Below, piece by piece: positions 14,813 to 31,640 of a DNA stretch of 64,000 bases. Each line of letters opens with the position of its first letter. Within the stretch, counting starts at the first letter, position 1. A program made the position numbers and the translations under genes. Source of the DNA: the human T2T-CHM13v2.0 reference genome, Homo sapiens; the NCBI RefSeq assembly GCF_009914755.1, contig NC_060926.1; one strand, 5' to 3'. The notes beneath the pieces were generated by a model that was given only the letters and a program-made list of their open reading frames with translations, did not search any database and was not told the DNA's origin.

Positions 14813-16779
14813 TAATCCTAAAAGAATCTAATACAATATTGTACACAGTAAGTGGTCAGTAAATAAGGAATTGAACTAAATAAGAATACATAAATCTCAG
14901 AATATGTGCAACCTGATCGTAGTACACAGAGATCTCTCTATATATCTCTTTTCTCAGTTCATGCCATTCTTTCAGGTAGAAAGCACCTTATTTTGAATTA
15001 GTTGTCTTTAGAGCAAAAATCCCTCTAAGAGTGCAGTGTGGTTTCCTATGCACAATCTGGAATAGTCCATTGCTTCATGCCTACCCTGGACATGAAGGGC
15101 CGTGCCACAGCGGAAGTCTCTATGCACCCACCCCCGTCTATACCTGAGCAACTCATTCCTCTTTGCTGCTCTCTTACAGGCTACAGAGTGCGGTGGCGCC
15201 AGCACAGAACTCTGCTCAGTGTCCCTCTGTGCTTTCACGATGCTGATGGATTATGAAGGTAGGGAAGAATGTACAGCCAGGAGGCCATTAGGAGGGCAAC
15301 TAATTTATAAAATCACATTTGTAGAATTTAATGCATCCAACAACTACCAGGGGAAAGGTGGGCAAAAGCTATACCAACACCACCCAACTCAAAACCAAAA
15401 CAACAGGAAAAGAAAATTATGTGGATGTAGAATTTCTGATAACATCATTCCCAAGGTGCCTTATCCAAGAGGAACTGCTACAATAATATTTTAAGTGGAA
15501 ATAAATACAGGCTGGAAGCATTATATATTAGTAGAGTTTGTTTTTTTTTTTCCCGAAGTACTTTCTCAAGCACATCAACATAAGCCCCCTAAGAGACATT
15601 TCACATTAAAAATAAAACATCTGCCCACTGCTGGTTTCTCAATTTGCCTCCACCTTCTGTCCCCTTTAATGAACTGGGCCATGAGGTGAGTCAGAGAGGA
15701 TAAAGGGAGTGGTAAGAATTTGAGGAGAGAAGAGAGTGAGGCTAAAATAGGAAATCAGGAAATGCGATTCGGTCCCCCTGTCCCTCACGTGGGGCCACCC
15801 TCTTGTTGCCCAGTGTGGTTTCTTCTTGAGGGTTCTGCATGGTTCCTCAATCCCAGGGAATTCCGCAGGACGTTCCACCCAAGACCACTGGGCTCCCACC
15901 TCTACTCTTTTGCCAGTTAATGAATAGGCAGGAATTTCACTGCCTGGAAAGAGGAACAATGCTTTCTGGTCCTTATTTCACATCTGACATAGAGAGGTCA
16001 ATTGATTTATTCCTAAATATCTTTGAACACTAAAATAGAAGTTTTACAGCATATATACTACCTGGTTGCTCTAGACTTAAGCCAGGGAAAAGTACAGATT
16101 CAACATTTAAAATTGAGATAGACGCTTTCCACTTAGTGCTACCAGTCTTGCTTTATTTCATGAGAATGAGAATATAATAATATGCCATACGTTCATTTGG
16201 GGGAAAGATTGATGTCTTATAACATAATTTATAATTACAGAAAACATGTGAGTTCACTGGGAATAAAGAAATTTTGAAGATAATAAGATACTTTCACTTA
16301 TGTCATAATTTCTATGTCATTTGATGTAGGATGTGGAGATATTAACATTTATACCTAACTTAAGTTTGTCATCCAAGACCTGAAAGGGTTTTGTCTATCA
16401 GCTGCACCCCTGGGTAGCGACACAACCTTGGGGAAGGCCTCAACCCCATCCCTCGTACAGCAGGAATGAGAACAGCACTGCCTGTTGGGAAGCTTGAGGG
16501 AGGCTATGGACGTGCAGTGCTTGGCAGAGGGTCTCGTCATGGAAGGTTCCAGCAAATGTGAGATACTTTTATGAGTTCATTTTCTCCAAAAGAAAGGGAA
16601 TAAAAGAAGAGGGGAGGAAATAAGACTAATTGTGAGAGATGAAGTACAAGGGTGAGGGAAGGAGTAAGGAGACATGAAGGCAGCGTGGAGCAGCTGAGGC
16701 GGGAGATTGCTTTCACCACTTCCCAGCATCTATTGCAGATTCCACCCTCAATCATTTTGTAAGGACCCTTTATTCAAGG

Positions 16780-16934
16780 TTATGTTTGAACCCTGCTGAG
16801 CCAGTGGCGTGGGTGTCTGAGAGAATCATTAACTTAATTTGACTATCTGGTTTGTGGATGCGTTTACTCTCATGTAAGTCAACAACATCCTGGGACTGGG
16901 ACACACTTTCTGGGCACTGCTGGCCAGTCCCAAA
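16780..16934 (+). promoter_or_regulatory. Plasminogen-type proximal promoter/5'UTR with HNF1 site
   Basis: GTTAATGATT on the minus strand (agaatcattaac, 16822-16833), forkhead-like tgtttg/cgtttac and ctggga motifs, immediately upstream of the PLG-type ATG. Confidence 0.65.
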
Positions 16935-16983
16935 ATGGAACATAAGGAAGTGGTTCTTCTACTTCTTTTATTTCTGAAATCAG
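16935..16983 (+). CDS. PLGLA: Plasminogen-like A, exon 1 (signal peptide)
   Basis: caaaATG GAA CAT AAG GAA GTG GTT CTT CTA CTT CTT TTA TTT CTG AAA TCA G|gtaag = MEHKEVVLLLLLFLKS(G). Confidence 0.9.
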
Positions 16984-17914
16984 GTAAGACATAGTTTTTT
17001 TAAATTATAATAATTATTTTTTCTCCCACAATGCAGTACAAATACATATGCCATGGCTTTATGTGCAATTCATTTAATTTTTGATTCATGAAACTCCCAG
17101 TTGAAAATCTTGTATAAGATTGAGGAATTCTTCAAGAAATAAGTTTAGTTTTCCTGTGAAGATTGTCAGGGTGCTGGAATGAATACACAGAGAAAATAAT
17201 GGGTGACTTTTCAAATCTAAATGAGTGCACCCACATAATGGCCAGTCTAATTGAAAAAGAGCCAATGTAGCTAACTATGCAAAGGACGGCTAAGCTCTTC
17301 GCCTGGTTCTCAGTTTGACTAATTTATATAATCTCTGTTAACGGTGTCATGCTCCCCTCACTTGCAAGTTAAAACAATGAAATTTCTCTTTGAATATATT
17401 CTGTTCTCTCACCAGTTCATGGTGGCGGCAGGGTCAGGGACTCAGCATTTCTCCCTTTGTTATGGCCTGAGGAAGGCTTTCCATCAGTATACGTTTGCCT
17501 CTAATCCCCAGAAAAATCACACGCATCCATTTGCCAGATGCTGTGTGCAGATAGTGATTCAACAAATACTCAGTGCTTGGGTTAGGTCACTACAGTTTTA
17601 CACATACATACATACCTGTGTGTGAATGTGAGTGTGAGTGTGTGTCCTTTACAAATACTAGCTTATTTAGCTCGTGGTATAGGTAGGGTAGCATATCCAT
17701 CCTCATTTTATAAACAAAGAAATCTAGACTTAGGAAAATCATGTTATTTGCTCAGTGACCAAATTCTCATATCTGGGAAATAAAGAAAACTGGATTTAAG
17801 CCAGGTTTCCCAGAAGGAATCTAGGGCTCTTCTCACTTCTCAGCTTTGTTTAAGCCTTTGAAATAATATTCTAAACATGTCCTAGTAGTTCTTTTTCTTT
17901 TTTTTTTTTAAAAA

Positions 17915-18160
17915 AAAGCTTTATTGAGATATAATTAATGTATAGAATTCACCCATTTAGGCATACAATCCAATGGATTTCAATACGTTGAGAGTTGTGC
18001 AGCCACCATCAGAATAAACTTTAAAACTATTCATACCCCCAAAAACGCACTCCACTCTCCTTAGCTGTTACCCCTGATCTGCAGCTTCTGGCAACCACTA
18101 ATCTACTTTCTGTATTTATATCTTTGCCATTTTGAACATTTCATACAAACAGAATCATAC
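17915..18160 (-). mobile_element. L1M 3'-end fragment
   Basis: gctttattgagatataatt...ggcaaccactaatctactttctg. Confidence 0.7.
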
Positions 18161-20639
18161 GATTTGCTAGTAGTTCTTCATGTAAATAATGTATACTTGA
18201 AATTCAATCTATAAATTACCAGATAAAATTTTACAAGTTGCACTTTAGAGTCAAATACATTTGAATTTAGTGGAAGCCATTCAAGGAGCTATCAAACAAA
18301 ATACAGAGCAGGAGAAAATTAGAGAAATTTTTGTAAGAAATTGATGTACGTTGGGGGGTATGAATATTATATTTCAATGCATGGAAACTATGACATAGAT
18401 CACTGTGAACTTATTCAGTGGGCTACACCCAAAGGCTAGAACAAACTTCTCTGCCACAGGATTAACATATGTTTTAACCAACCTGGGGGGAACATTCTCT
18501 CATAAGCTCTTTTGGAAAGCCAGGCTTTCTGTGGATGTATCATCTTTCCAGTGTGCTGCAATGCCCGGGGAGAGGAAAAAGTTTCTTTTACAGCCATGCT
18601 TAGTGGGAAGTGGAGAAACATCTTCCATTTCACAAATTAAGTCTTTTACGCATGCAAATATGCATACACATTCACACACCACAGTGAGGAAGAAATTCTC
18701 ACACCATTAATAAAATACATTTGCATCAGTAGCAATATACATCTGCATTTTGCCTATAATATAAATGTATTTTTCCACTAAAAGATTTGTTTGATGTTTC
18801 CTTGCCAGCAAATAAGCCCTGTCAAATCCTATTGCCATATGAGTCCTAGAGGTGAATAAGAGAAAAAAAAATGGGGGAAAATTATTTCAAATTAAAAAGA
18901 AAAAAGTTTGATTCTGTTTTGGGATATTTCCTAGGGACAGGAGCTGGGGAGGGGATCTCAGCAGCGATGCGCTATGAAGCATAATAACATGACACAGAGA
19001 ACTTAATTGAAGGGGGAAATAAATGGAAGTTTTCTTTTTTTGAATATCAATTGTAGCCTGCTCTGCTATACTTCAAAAAAACTCTTCAGAAAGTTTAACT
19101 GAACTCACCGTAGGACACACTTTGTGGATTTATTGTGTGTTTTGAAGTCACGCTGTGAGCTATAGAATTAACCAAAACACAACTCCTCTTGGAAATGAGA
19201 GTTCAAGTTGGCAGAAAGTGCGGGGTAAAGACATGGATATGGGCCTAAAGCATCTATTTCTTTCTGATCTTTTGATACATCTCTCAAGTGCTTTTTAGTG
19301 GATTAGGTTTAGAATGCATCAGCCAACTCCTGCTCAATAATCCATTTTTCCAGCCTGGAATGTCTTAAATTGAGGAAGGACGAAGTCCCAGAGGTGGGGA
19401 GCAGGGGGACTTTGGCCGAGGACTTTGCATGAATCGATGAGCATGCATCCTCCTCCCTGTCCTGCCCCTTGTGCTCTGTGTACCCTCAGGAGGTCAGGAC
19501 GGGCCTTTCTGAGAATGAGAATCTGTTCATTTGCCTTCCTACTGGATATTTGTCATCAGCATACAAACCAATGCGCTCTGCAGTGTGTCATCTTTCAGAA
19601 CCTCCCCTGACCGCATGTTCCCTGGAGGGCTCGCTGTCTTCAGAGCCAGGCTTGTCTCCTGCTGCCGCCTCCACTGCTCTCCTAGTCACTCTATAACCCA
19701 CTCCCTCTGCCTGCGGCCCCCACCACGCCCCTCAAAGTGGTCAAGGTTGTCCTGTTGTCTAATTCCATGGAGCTTGGATATCTTCATTTTATTAGCCTCT
19801 TTTGGCCTCTTACCCCTGTGAAAGTCACTAGCATTCTGTGCAAAGGATGGCGCTGGCATCTCCAGGCTTGGAATAGACCTGCCAAAGCTCAGCCAGATGT
19901 CCGGAAGAGCCTCAGGACAAGGGAACACCCTGTAGCCTTGTGGTGGGAGCACAGCTGAGGCCCCCTTGGCCACCCTCTGCCACGACCAGGCAGAAAGCAG
20001 CTTTCGGACAGATTCGTTGTCTCAGATTTGATCTCAAAGAAAAACCAAAACCAGTATTTGTCCCAGGTTCTGCTTTTTTACAATTTCCTCCGAAATCCAG
20101 ATACCTATCAACACCTTGGAAAAACTGATTTCTCCCCAGTTAGTAGTGTTGTGTGACTGTCATCAGCCCAGTACAAAAATGGCCTTCTTTGTTGGGGAGC
20201 TTCTTACCCTCCAGTGTTTTGCCCAATTTTTGTCCAAGGTGGCAGCATAATTTAGTTCAGTTCTTGTTTATTTCCACCATCATCTATGCACCAAAATTTA
20301 TGTGTCTCAAGGAGGGACCATTCAGAGGATGCTTCCCACCAGTTCAAGTGACAGTGTCAGAACCAAAGCGCATATTGTAGGAAATCAAACAATGGCCTCC
20401 AAGTTCCATTTCTACCCAGGGATGAACAAATCAACATCAATCTTGGTAACACAACTGCCACTGATGGTGCCTTACTCTTCTCTCATGACATGGAACAATT
20501 GATAGCAAACATAAAATTTGTTCTTGTTTAAGGATTTATATCCACTAATATGGTAACATAGTAGTGGTTCCATAGTTCTAACCTGTTTATCAATCCAGTT
20601 AATCTTTTACTATCTTGCAATCTGTTAATGAAACTGTTT

Positions 20640-20880
20640 TTCTTTGTTTTATAATTTCAACTTTTAGAGTCAGGGGTACATGTGCAGGTTTGTTACATCA
20701 CTAAATTGCGTGACACTGAGCTTTGGGGTACAAATGATTCCCATCACCCAGGTAGTGAGCTAAATACCTACTAAATAGGTAGTTTTTCAGCCCTTGCCTC
20801 GCTCCCTCTCTCCCTTCTCTGGTAGTCCCCAGTGTCTTTAGTTGCCATCTTTATTTATGTCCACATGCCCAACTGTGTGT
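20640..20880 (-). mobile_element. L1P(B) 3'-end fragment
   Basis: ttttagagtcaggggtacatgtgcaggtttgttacat...cccatcacccaggtagtgagc. Confidence 0.75.
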
Positions 20881-21002
20881 TCTTAACTAAACATTTTGAT
20901 TCATAGCTACCCATTCTACTTCCAGTAAACAGCAAGTTTTATTTGGTTAATGGAAACCAAATAGATTAAAAGGAAGTCATGACAATTAGACATCGGCATT
21001 GA

Positions 21003-21230
<228 letters not shown>

Positions 21231-22283
21231 TAATTTACTCACAAATTTATTAACGATTTAAGAGGAAAGAGAAATGTATGGAGCCAGAGTTTGGAACTAT
21301 ATTTGCTCATAGTATGTGAAGCCATACTAACAGCTTCTTGTTAAGGTTTATTGGAGTCTTCGTTAGAAAAATACCCTAAAAGGAAGTTATTTGTTTTTAC
21401 ACCGGACATAAACATTAGCAGTTATTATTCTGAGCTCCAGTTTTTAACATCATCATCAGTAAATGTTTGTTGAGGATCATATGAATGAAAGTGTCCTAGA
21501 TAGATCTGAGCAATGACTTATAGCTACAAGATCCAGTGCCTGCCCTTCAGTATTTAAGGTGACTGGATATAATGTTAAAAAAAAAAAGACAGCCTAAGTG
21601 AGGTACAGGCATAATCAATGCATGCTCTACCCAGATCCAGAAGAAAGAACAGTGCCTAAGGTTGAGGCAGCTAGAGAAGGCTCAGGGAGGAGGTGGGAAC
21701 CGAGCTGGGTTTGGAGTTGAGAGAGCTCTTGAAAAGCACCAGGAAGGCAGGGGAAGATGCGGCCCTGCACTTTCTGAGGGGGACCATTAAGAGATCGAGT
21801 TGACTAAAGCAGAGACTTTGTGTAGGTGATGAGCCTGGGAAAGTAGCTATGGATGCCAGACTGAGCACCCATAGCAGGACCACGGGATGGAGATGGGAGG
21901 GGTCAGGGGCCAGGGCAGGGTGGAATGTGGAGCAGAGGTTCAGGGGAACTGATCAGAGTTGGGAGGTCATGGAGATGGACTATCTTGGGGAATGGGTTCA
22001 AAGCAACCAGAGTTGCTTCTTTCTGACCCAAAAACAAAAATTAAGAAGATGAGTGAAGAAGAAGTAAAGCAGTTGAAACAGAAAGAAAGAGAAAATTATG
22101 AGGGAGGGAAGGTAAGGGCAGATAAGATTTACTGCCACGTTGGTGTATTTTGTTCAGTACTTCATCAATGCCATGCCCAAATAACTGAAAGAGGCAGCAA
22201 TTCTGAGCTCTCTGGTCCCCCAAGATATTCAATGATCTTTAGCATTTCTCACTTATTAATAAACATTTGTTTTCTTTAAATAA

Positions 22284-22427
<144 letters not shown>

Positions 22428-25400
22428 AGTGAGTACATTTTCTTCCTCCTCCTCCTACTGTCCTCCCCATCCTCCCACTCTTCCTCTTTCTCTATTCTAT
22501 CTTTAATTTATGAGACCAGAGGAGGAAGGCGCTATGGTGTTGTAAAATTGAATTCTGAGTTAGGACAGGATTTGATTACTAACTAACCATGTCAGCTTGA
22601 GTATATTACTTCACCTCCTAGATTTAATTTTTTTGTTGTTCAAAAAATGAAAGGATTAGATTTACAAAATCACTTCTACCTCTATGACCCTGAAAATAAG
22701 ATTTTTAAAATATTATTTTATATTTAACAAGGAGATGGGAAGTCTAAGCATTCCTTTTGGTCTTGGCTTCTTATTCTGCAGGGTGACCATGGTCCTTGGG
22801 CCCTAACGTCTGGATGAAGCCTTGTAAAACAGAAATACTGAGGTGTTTTAATCCTCAGAAACATTTAGATTGGGACACAAATCTTATTTTTTACTCTTAA
22901 ATTTTTCACATTTTGGGGGACATGGTCTATATTTTTCTCAGATTTCTGAAATGTTGTCTTTTAAAAATGTGTAAAAGTTACAGTCCCTTTTCTATAGTTT
23001 ATTTTAAAATGTGGGTCAATAGTCCCACTGCTTAGAATAAGGGGCACACAGGATTTCAATAGAAATTGCATGCCTTTTTAGATGTGCAAATGTTTCATTA
23101 AGCGTATGAATATTTGAAGAGATGTATGACACTTTGAAAACTGTTTCCTCTACTGTGTTGGTGGCCAGGTATTAAGACCGTTAATAATAACAATTTAGCT
23201 CTCCAAATATTCTGCATCACAGGTGTTAAAGAGGACTGGAAACACCTTAGTTCTTGTATTCTTGAGGATGATTTGCCATATTGTGTCTAGTATCACGGCA
23301 AAACTCTAAGTAGCATTTTAAATAGTATTTATTTGGGTTGGAATTATTTATATGCATTGACTCATCTTCCTGGGTTTCATTAGCTGTACGCATTGTACTT
23401 TCTTCCTTACCACTATTTATCTCGAATTCTTGAGATTAAAGTACAGATTAAATCTAAACTTTATCTGGTGCAGTTATTAGTTCTTACAAGTAGCAAGCAA
23501 ATGGTAAACTGAATAGGATCACCTAATTGTACCAGATTTAAAAAAAAAAAAACAAAAACAAAAATCCCTGATTCCCCTGATTCTCTCTACAAAATGCTAA
23601 CATTTAAATATGTCATTTGTAAATTGTTAACCAGAAGGAACATGGGAATGACTGTAGGTTGAGTTTGAAGTCTGAAGTTTGAAGGCTTAGTTTGCTTGTT
23701 TTCAAAGTGACAGAAGGGAGCAAAAGTTTATATAAACTCTGGTGGGTACATACAAACGAAAAAGAAGTGAAAAGTCAAAAGTCAGTCATTTTTTGGTCCT
23801 TGTTTCTTTGCTGTGGGATATTGACCTGCTGCTAACTTACCTGCCAGGGTTTTGCCAGGAACAGTCAGTGTTAGATCACATTTACTTCTGCCACTTGCCA
23901 CCAGCCACACTGCCTTCACCGAGTCCAAGAACCTATCACCACTGGTTAGGGCTACTTGTAGCTGTACACCTGATCTCGAAGAAATGTAACTTCGCTGTTT
24001 AAAGCCCTTCCTAGTGCCCTTAAAATAAGACCCAAAGACTTCCCAAATGTGCCAGGGCCCGGCATTATTTACATAACCCCCGGCTGCTGTTTGCTTGGCT
24101 TGCTAAACTTTTCTACAAAGTTTCTGGCCTTACTTCTGTTCCTTCACCACCCCAAGCACACGCCCTCCTGCCTGGGACCCTCTTCACCTTTGTCCTGCTG
24201 TGCCAGCTCCTTCTTATCACCTAGGTGTCAGCTCAATCATCACCTCCTTTGCAAATCTTCCTTGACCCCTAGACCTCCCTTTCACAAAGTACCTTGAGTT
24301 TACACTTTGATGAGTGTCTTATGTCTACTGTAATACTATGTCCCAATGAAGATATACTGGAAATCATAATACGTAGTATTGGGTTAAAAGCATTAGTTTG
24401 CTGCAGGTATGTTAGGAGTACTTTCCCCATGTGATTGATCAGTGAATTTAAAAATGGCTAAAGTGGGTAACCTTAAATGATGGTGCAAATATACCTTAAA
24501 CATTTTATATTTTCATTGAAAACACAAGTGTACTTGACACCTTTTGATGTAGAGCAGAGGCTTTTTTTCTTCGAATATGGGGTCACCAGTAGAAGGTCTC
24601 TGGTGCATTTCCTGCATAAACTATGCTCTAGTGCAACATCTACAATAATTACTTTCCTTATTTTTGAAGTGGACCATATCTCGACATTTATTAATCAATC
24701 TGCATGTGTAAAACCTTTAGATTTTTATGAATTCCTCCTCAAGCTTTACAGTCAACTATATGAGTGGATTGCCCTCTGTGGATCTGATAGCAATTTTTTA
24801 AATGATTCACGTTTCAACTTGTTAAAAACATTTAATTTAGTTAAAAACCAAACAAAAAAGAGCTTTGTTCCTTTTCACATTCATTTCTCAGTTTAGATCA
24901 TCTTTAATTAAATATAAATGTAAGAAAGTTGGAAAATGCAAAGAAATGACTCGTTGTAAGCACATAACTCACGTGGGGGGAACAGACATGGGTGGGCACA
25001 CTAGCAAACACCTGCCAGCTGCATGTGGACCCAGGTGGGCACCAGACTGTTTTAAACACAGGAGAGGGCCCATTGTCTAACTGGTGAGTTGGTTGAGTGG
25101 AAGCTGGTTGAGAACTTTTACTGCAAACCATTTACAGTAGACCACAATTTTATAGCCCTGTTTGGCACTTTTTCATATCACTGGGAGCCTGAAGAAATAG
25201 AAGTGGGTTGGATCTCTTTCAGCCTCGGAAAAGCCTGCCATTCCCCCATCTAAAAACCCTTTCCCCATTCTCTTACTCTGTCTCATCATGTATGTAACAT
25301 GTATCATCATTAAGTGATCTCATTTTATATTGTTTCCTTGAATATTTCCTGTAACCCCCCTGCCTGATTCCACTAGAATGTGAGCTCTATGACGGCCAAG

Positions 25401-25544
25401 CCTCTGGCTGCACTGTGCCCCGTGTGTCCCCAGCATCCTGGTGGGGCTCAATACACAGAGAGCTCATAAGTAGCATTTGAATACATGAATCAAAGTATGG
25501 AATGGCCCAGTTTACTGCAGCCTTTTTGCAGATGCAAAAGATGA

Positions 25545-25784
<240 letters not shown>

Positions 25785-25822
25785 TAAGACTTTCCCTTTC
25801 ATCTTTGTGTTCATCTACTGTA

Positions 25823-26120
25823 AAGTTGTCCCTCTGTGTCTGTGAGGGATTGGTTCCAGGACCCCTGTGGCTACCAAAATCCATGCTTCTCAAGTCCCTT
25901 ATGTAAAATGGTGCAGTATTTGCATATAACCTACATACCTTCTCTTGTGCAATCCCTAATATAATGTAAATGCTATGTAATCGTTGTTATGCTGTATTGT
26001 TTTTATTTGTATTATGTTTTATTGTCATATTGTTATTTTCTCTCATCTTTTTCAAGTCTTTTCCATCCACAGTTGGTTGAATTTGTGGATGTGGAACCCA
26101 TGGATACAGAGGGCCAACTG
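25823..26120 (+). mobile_element. MER2 DNA transposon
   Basis: agttgtccctc...ggattggttccaggacccc...ggatacagagggccaactg|ta. Confidence 0.85.
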
Positions 26121-26994
26121 TATTTAGGATAATTTCATCACTTTTAATTCAAACCAGAATATGTGAATAAGCAGACAGAAAGAATCTTTTTGATGTCGAT
26201 GTTCAACTATTTTTGGCACCATAGTAGAACATCGTTGCTTTCTATTTTTTCTTGGGTATGGAGGTTTCTTGAAGACCTAGAACATAGAAGAATGCCTAGT
26301 TAAAAAAAAAAATCAATGAAACTACGAGTTTTAGGCCAAATCTGAGAAAAGACCAAAGATGACTATGTTTGGGACTGAAGTAAACATATCAAGTTAGAAC
26401 TCTCATCACATGTTTGACTCAAATTGTGGAGCAAAATAGTAAATAAAATATAAAAATGACAATGAAGATACGTGAAATTCAAATGTCGCAACTTGCCTAT
26501 TATTTATTTTAGTGCATTTTTTTGTGCTTTTCCCAGTTTGGTGTTAGGTGGCATTAAGTTCTCAGTAATGACACTTATCAAATAGGAACTTAGTGCCTGT
26601 TACTCACCTTTATCCATTCCCCCAACACTCAACAAATTGCCTTTGCTATATCCCTATGAGATGAGCAGATCAAATATTCCCCGTGAGTTAATGAAAACTG
26701 ATTCAACCAAATGGCGAAGTCAGAGACTATCGGGGGCCATGGAGACACTCTGGGCCATTTTTATGAGGTAGTCTAGGCTCATCTTCATGAGGGAACTGAG
26801 GTCTTGGGGGGTGGGGGTTACCCCAAATAGGTTCACAGAAGAACCAGAAATAAAACCTGCCTTTCTAGACTGTAAGTCTTGTGATTGTCATCTAAATGGT
26901 TGTCTCTATACAGCAACTCATCTCTAGAACTGAAAATAAGTTTAAATCCCTCCTCCATCCCCAATAATTCAAGCTGCATTTCAGAGAAAACCAG

Positions 26995-27210
26995 GACTTT
27001 GGAATCAGACAGATCAACTTTGAATTCTTGATCTGCTTCTTCATAGCTATTTACGCTTAGGCAAGTTTTGTTTTGTTTTGTTTTACGTTGCCATTCAGTC
27101 TTCTCATCTGTAAAATAGGGATAATAACACCTTCCTCAAATGGTTTTTTTTATTAGGACTAAAAGAGAGAATGTGTGGAAAGATGTTAGTGGAATTCCTG
27201 GCACATAGTT
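26995..27210 (+). mobile_element. MIR fragment
   Basis: ggactttggaatcagacag...tcagtcttctcatctgtaaaatagggataataacac. Confidence 0.7.
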
Positions 27211-27587
27211 CACATGGACAAAATGGTGTTAACTATGAAAATTTTTACAGAGAAAAGGGCAACTGACAAAAGCAGGTGTTTGGAATGAATTAAGACCATG
27301 GCAGGCTTTTGAGGCCTTTCTATTTCTCCTGACTGTGCAATAAAAATATTTTGGCTCTCTGTCTAAGACTTGGCTGTCACAGTAGCAATGGTAATATTAG
27401 CTACTGTGCCAGAAGCAGCCTATCAATAGAGAAATTGAAAATCTGACCACACAAATGCTGCAGCACCCAGCTGAAATGCATTTGGATGACGATCTCAGAT
27501 GGGAATCGAGAGCATCTCCTTCTGCCTTGCTAATAGCAAGCTGATTTTTAGAATATAGTCTAAGTGCTTCTCTTCCATCCTCCCCAG

Positions 27588-27713
27588 ATTCTCACCTGCT
27601 ACACACCCCTCAGAGGGACTGGAGGAATCCAGACAACGATGCGCAGGGGCCCTGGTGTTATACTACTGATCCAGAACAGAGATATGACTACTGCGACATT
27701 CCTGAGTGTGAAG
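27588..27713 (+). pseudogene. PLGLA: PLG-derived exon 5 (kringle 1 C-half), frameshifted, donor destroyed
   Basis: [12 protein letters not shown]-[deletion][29 protein letters not shown]; followed by ggcagg instead of gt. Confidence 0.88.
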
Positions 27714-27871
27714 GGCAGGAGTGGCTCTAGAAAATGTTTTCATTTCTGCTCTTCACCTGTAAAATAATTTGTTGTAAAGCCCCTTCCCACAGGGATATTA
27801 TTAATAATTGCGTAACGTGTTCACCTCTCGGAAAGGAGCAAAACTTTGCTCAGATCCCAGAATTAACCTGA

Positions 27872-28168
27872 TTTTTTTTTTTTTTTCTGAGACAGAATTT
27901 TGCTCTCATTGCCCAGGCTAGAGTGCAATGGTGCGATCTCGGCTCACCACAACCTCCGCCTCCGGGTTCAAGCGATTCTCCTACCTCAGCCTCCCAAGTA
28001 GCTGGAATTACATGCATGTGCCACCATGCCTGGCTAATTTTACATTTTTAGTAGAGACAGGGTTTCTCCATGTTGGTCAGGCTGGTCTTGAACTCTCGAC
28101 CTCAGGTGAGCCGCCCGCCTCAGCCTCCCAAAGTGCTGGGATTACAGGCGTGAGCCACCATGCCCAGC
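27872..28168 (-). mobile_element. AluSp/Sq
   Basis: Full dimer; acctga(a)tt on both sides. Confidence 0.88.
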
Positions 28169-29053
28169 AGACCTGAATTATTATTATTATTAAAATGTTA
28201 CATCAACATGTACAAATATAAAACTACATCTAAACTCTAAGTACAAACTTCTTATGCTTAAAACTCTTACACAGTGTTAACCCCAAGACAGATTTGCAAT
28301 TAAGTAGTTAAAATAAAACAACAAAGTCAATAAAAATCAAATAAACAATATACATTTAATGTGGTAGACTTTGCTGTTTTGCTGAAGCTAAGCAAGGAAC
28401 CAGTTTTTAAATCAGCAATCCGTTATTTTAATGGACTGAGCAATTTAATAGTGCACCTCAAAGGTCAATGCTAAAAACTAAAAAAAAAATTCCTACTGAA
28501 AAAACTGTCATCATTTCACATTTCTGGCTATGTTAGTGCAAAAGGGAATAAATAAAGGTGAGATTTCTGTGACAGTGTGGATATGGTACTGTGTGACAAC
28601 TCAGTTCTCCCATCACTTCCACCTGTTTGAATCATCGGGCTCCTTTATTTGTACACCATGTTATCGGTATTTGCCCTTAAGCACCACCAATGCATCACTT
28701 TTATATTAAGTCTGCCCATTTTCCTTAGTACTCCGTAAAATTTAAGTCACATATTACTCTGCCTCACCATGTTACTTCAATAATTCTGAATCAAAGTTTA
28801 AGTTTGTGAATAATTTTGCAAAAAAAGAGCCAATCATGCTTCTCAACAACATAAAAAGAGAAGCACCGTCACTTCAGGTGAATATTGTTCTCCGTGAGGC
28901 CATGAGCATAAACAAAAACTCCAGACTAAAACCCTGAGACGGTGCCAGGTCATTCAGCAGTCAGCAGAATGATCAGTATAATTTCAAACAAAGTTTTAAA
29001 GATCATTATTGAAATGATGTATTTTGAGCTTCCTGGATCTGTTCCTTTATGTC

Positions 29054-30480
<1,427 letters not shown>

Positions 30481-31129
30481 TGCAGTGTCTATCCCTAATC
30501 ATGGGAAAACATCAAACAAACCCATACAGCGGGACATCTGACAAAGTACCAAGTGTCAAGGATCATGGATTGAATCCTGAAACAGAGGAAGGACACTGAA
30601 GGAAAGACTGGGAAAACCTGACTGAGGTCTGGAGTTTAGTTAGTGATACTATACCAAGACGAATTTCTTAGTTTTGATAATTTGTTAACAGTTATGTTAA
30701 CATTGGGGGTAGCTGTGCAAGGGGTGTGAGAATGCTGTTATATCTTTAACCTTGGCCCATGGTTAAGGTGTTTCCAGTGTAAGGTCACTGTTATTCCTTG
30801 TAGTTAACATATATTTGGCACCACAGGATTCATTCTGGAATTCTCTTTGGCTTATTTATAACTTTTTTTCTTTTTCTAGTAGTGAGAAACCTGGCTTTCA
30901 TGCAGAGTTTACAAACGCCAATTTAAACTTTTGTTTTGTCATATGCAATGATTTTATTACCTGTCTTTATTTCAGAGCTTATGAATTTTTAATTATTCTA
31001 AGGGCTAACATAGAACTTTTTCATGTTTTCTACTCTTCAAGAGTAGGTAAGACTTTAGTTTGTAATACATTACAAAAGGAATCCTGTGGTTCTCTAAGAG
31101 CTAATTTGTCTTGGCAAAAGGCCTTAGTG

Positions 31130-31640
<511 letters not shown>

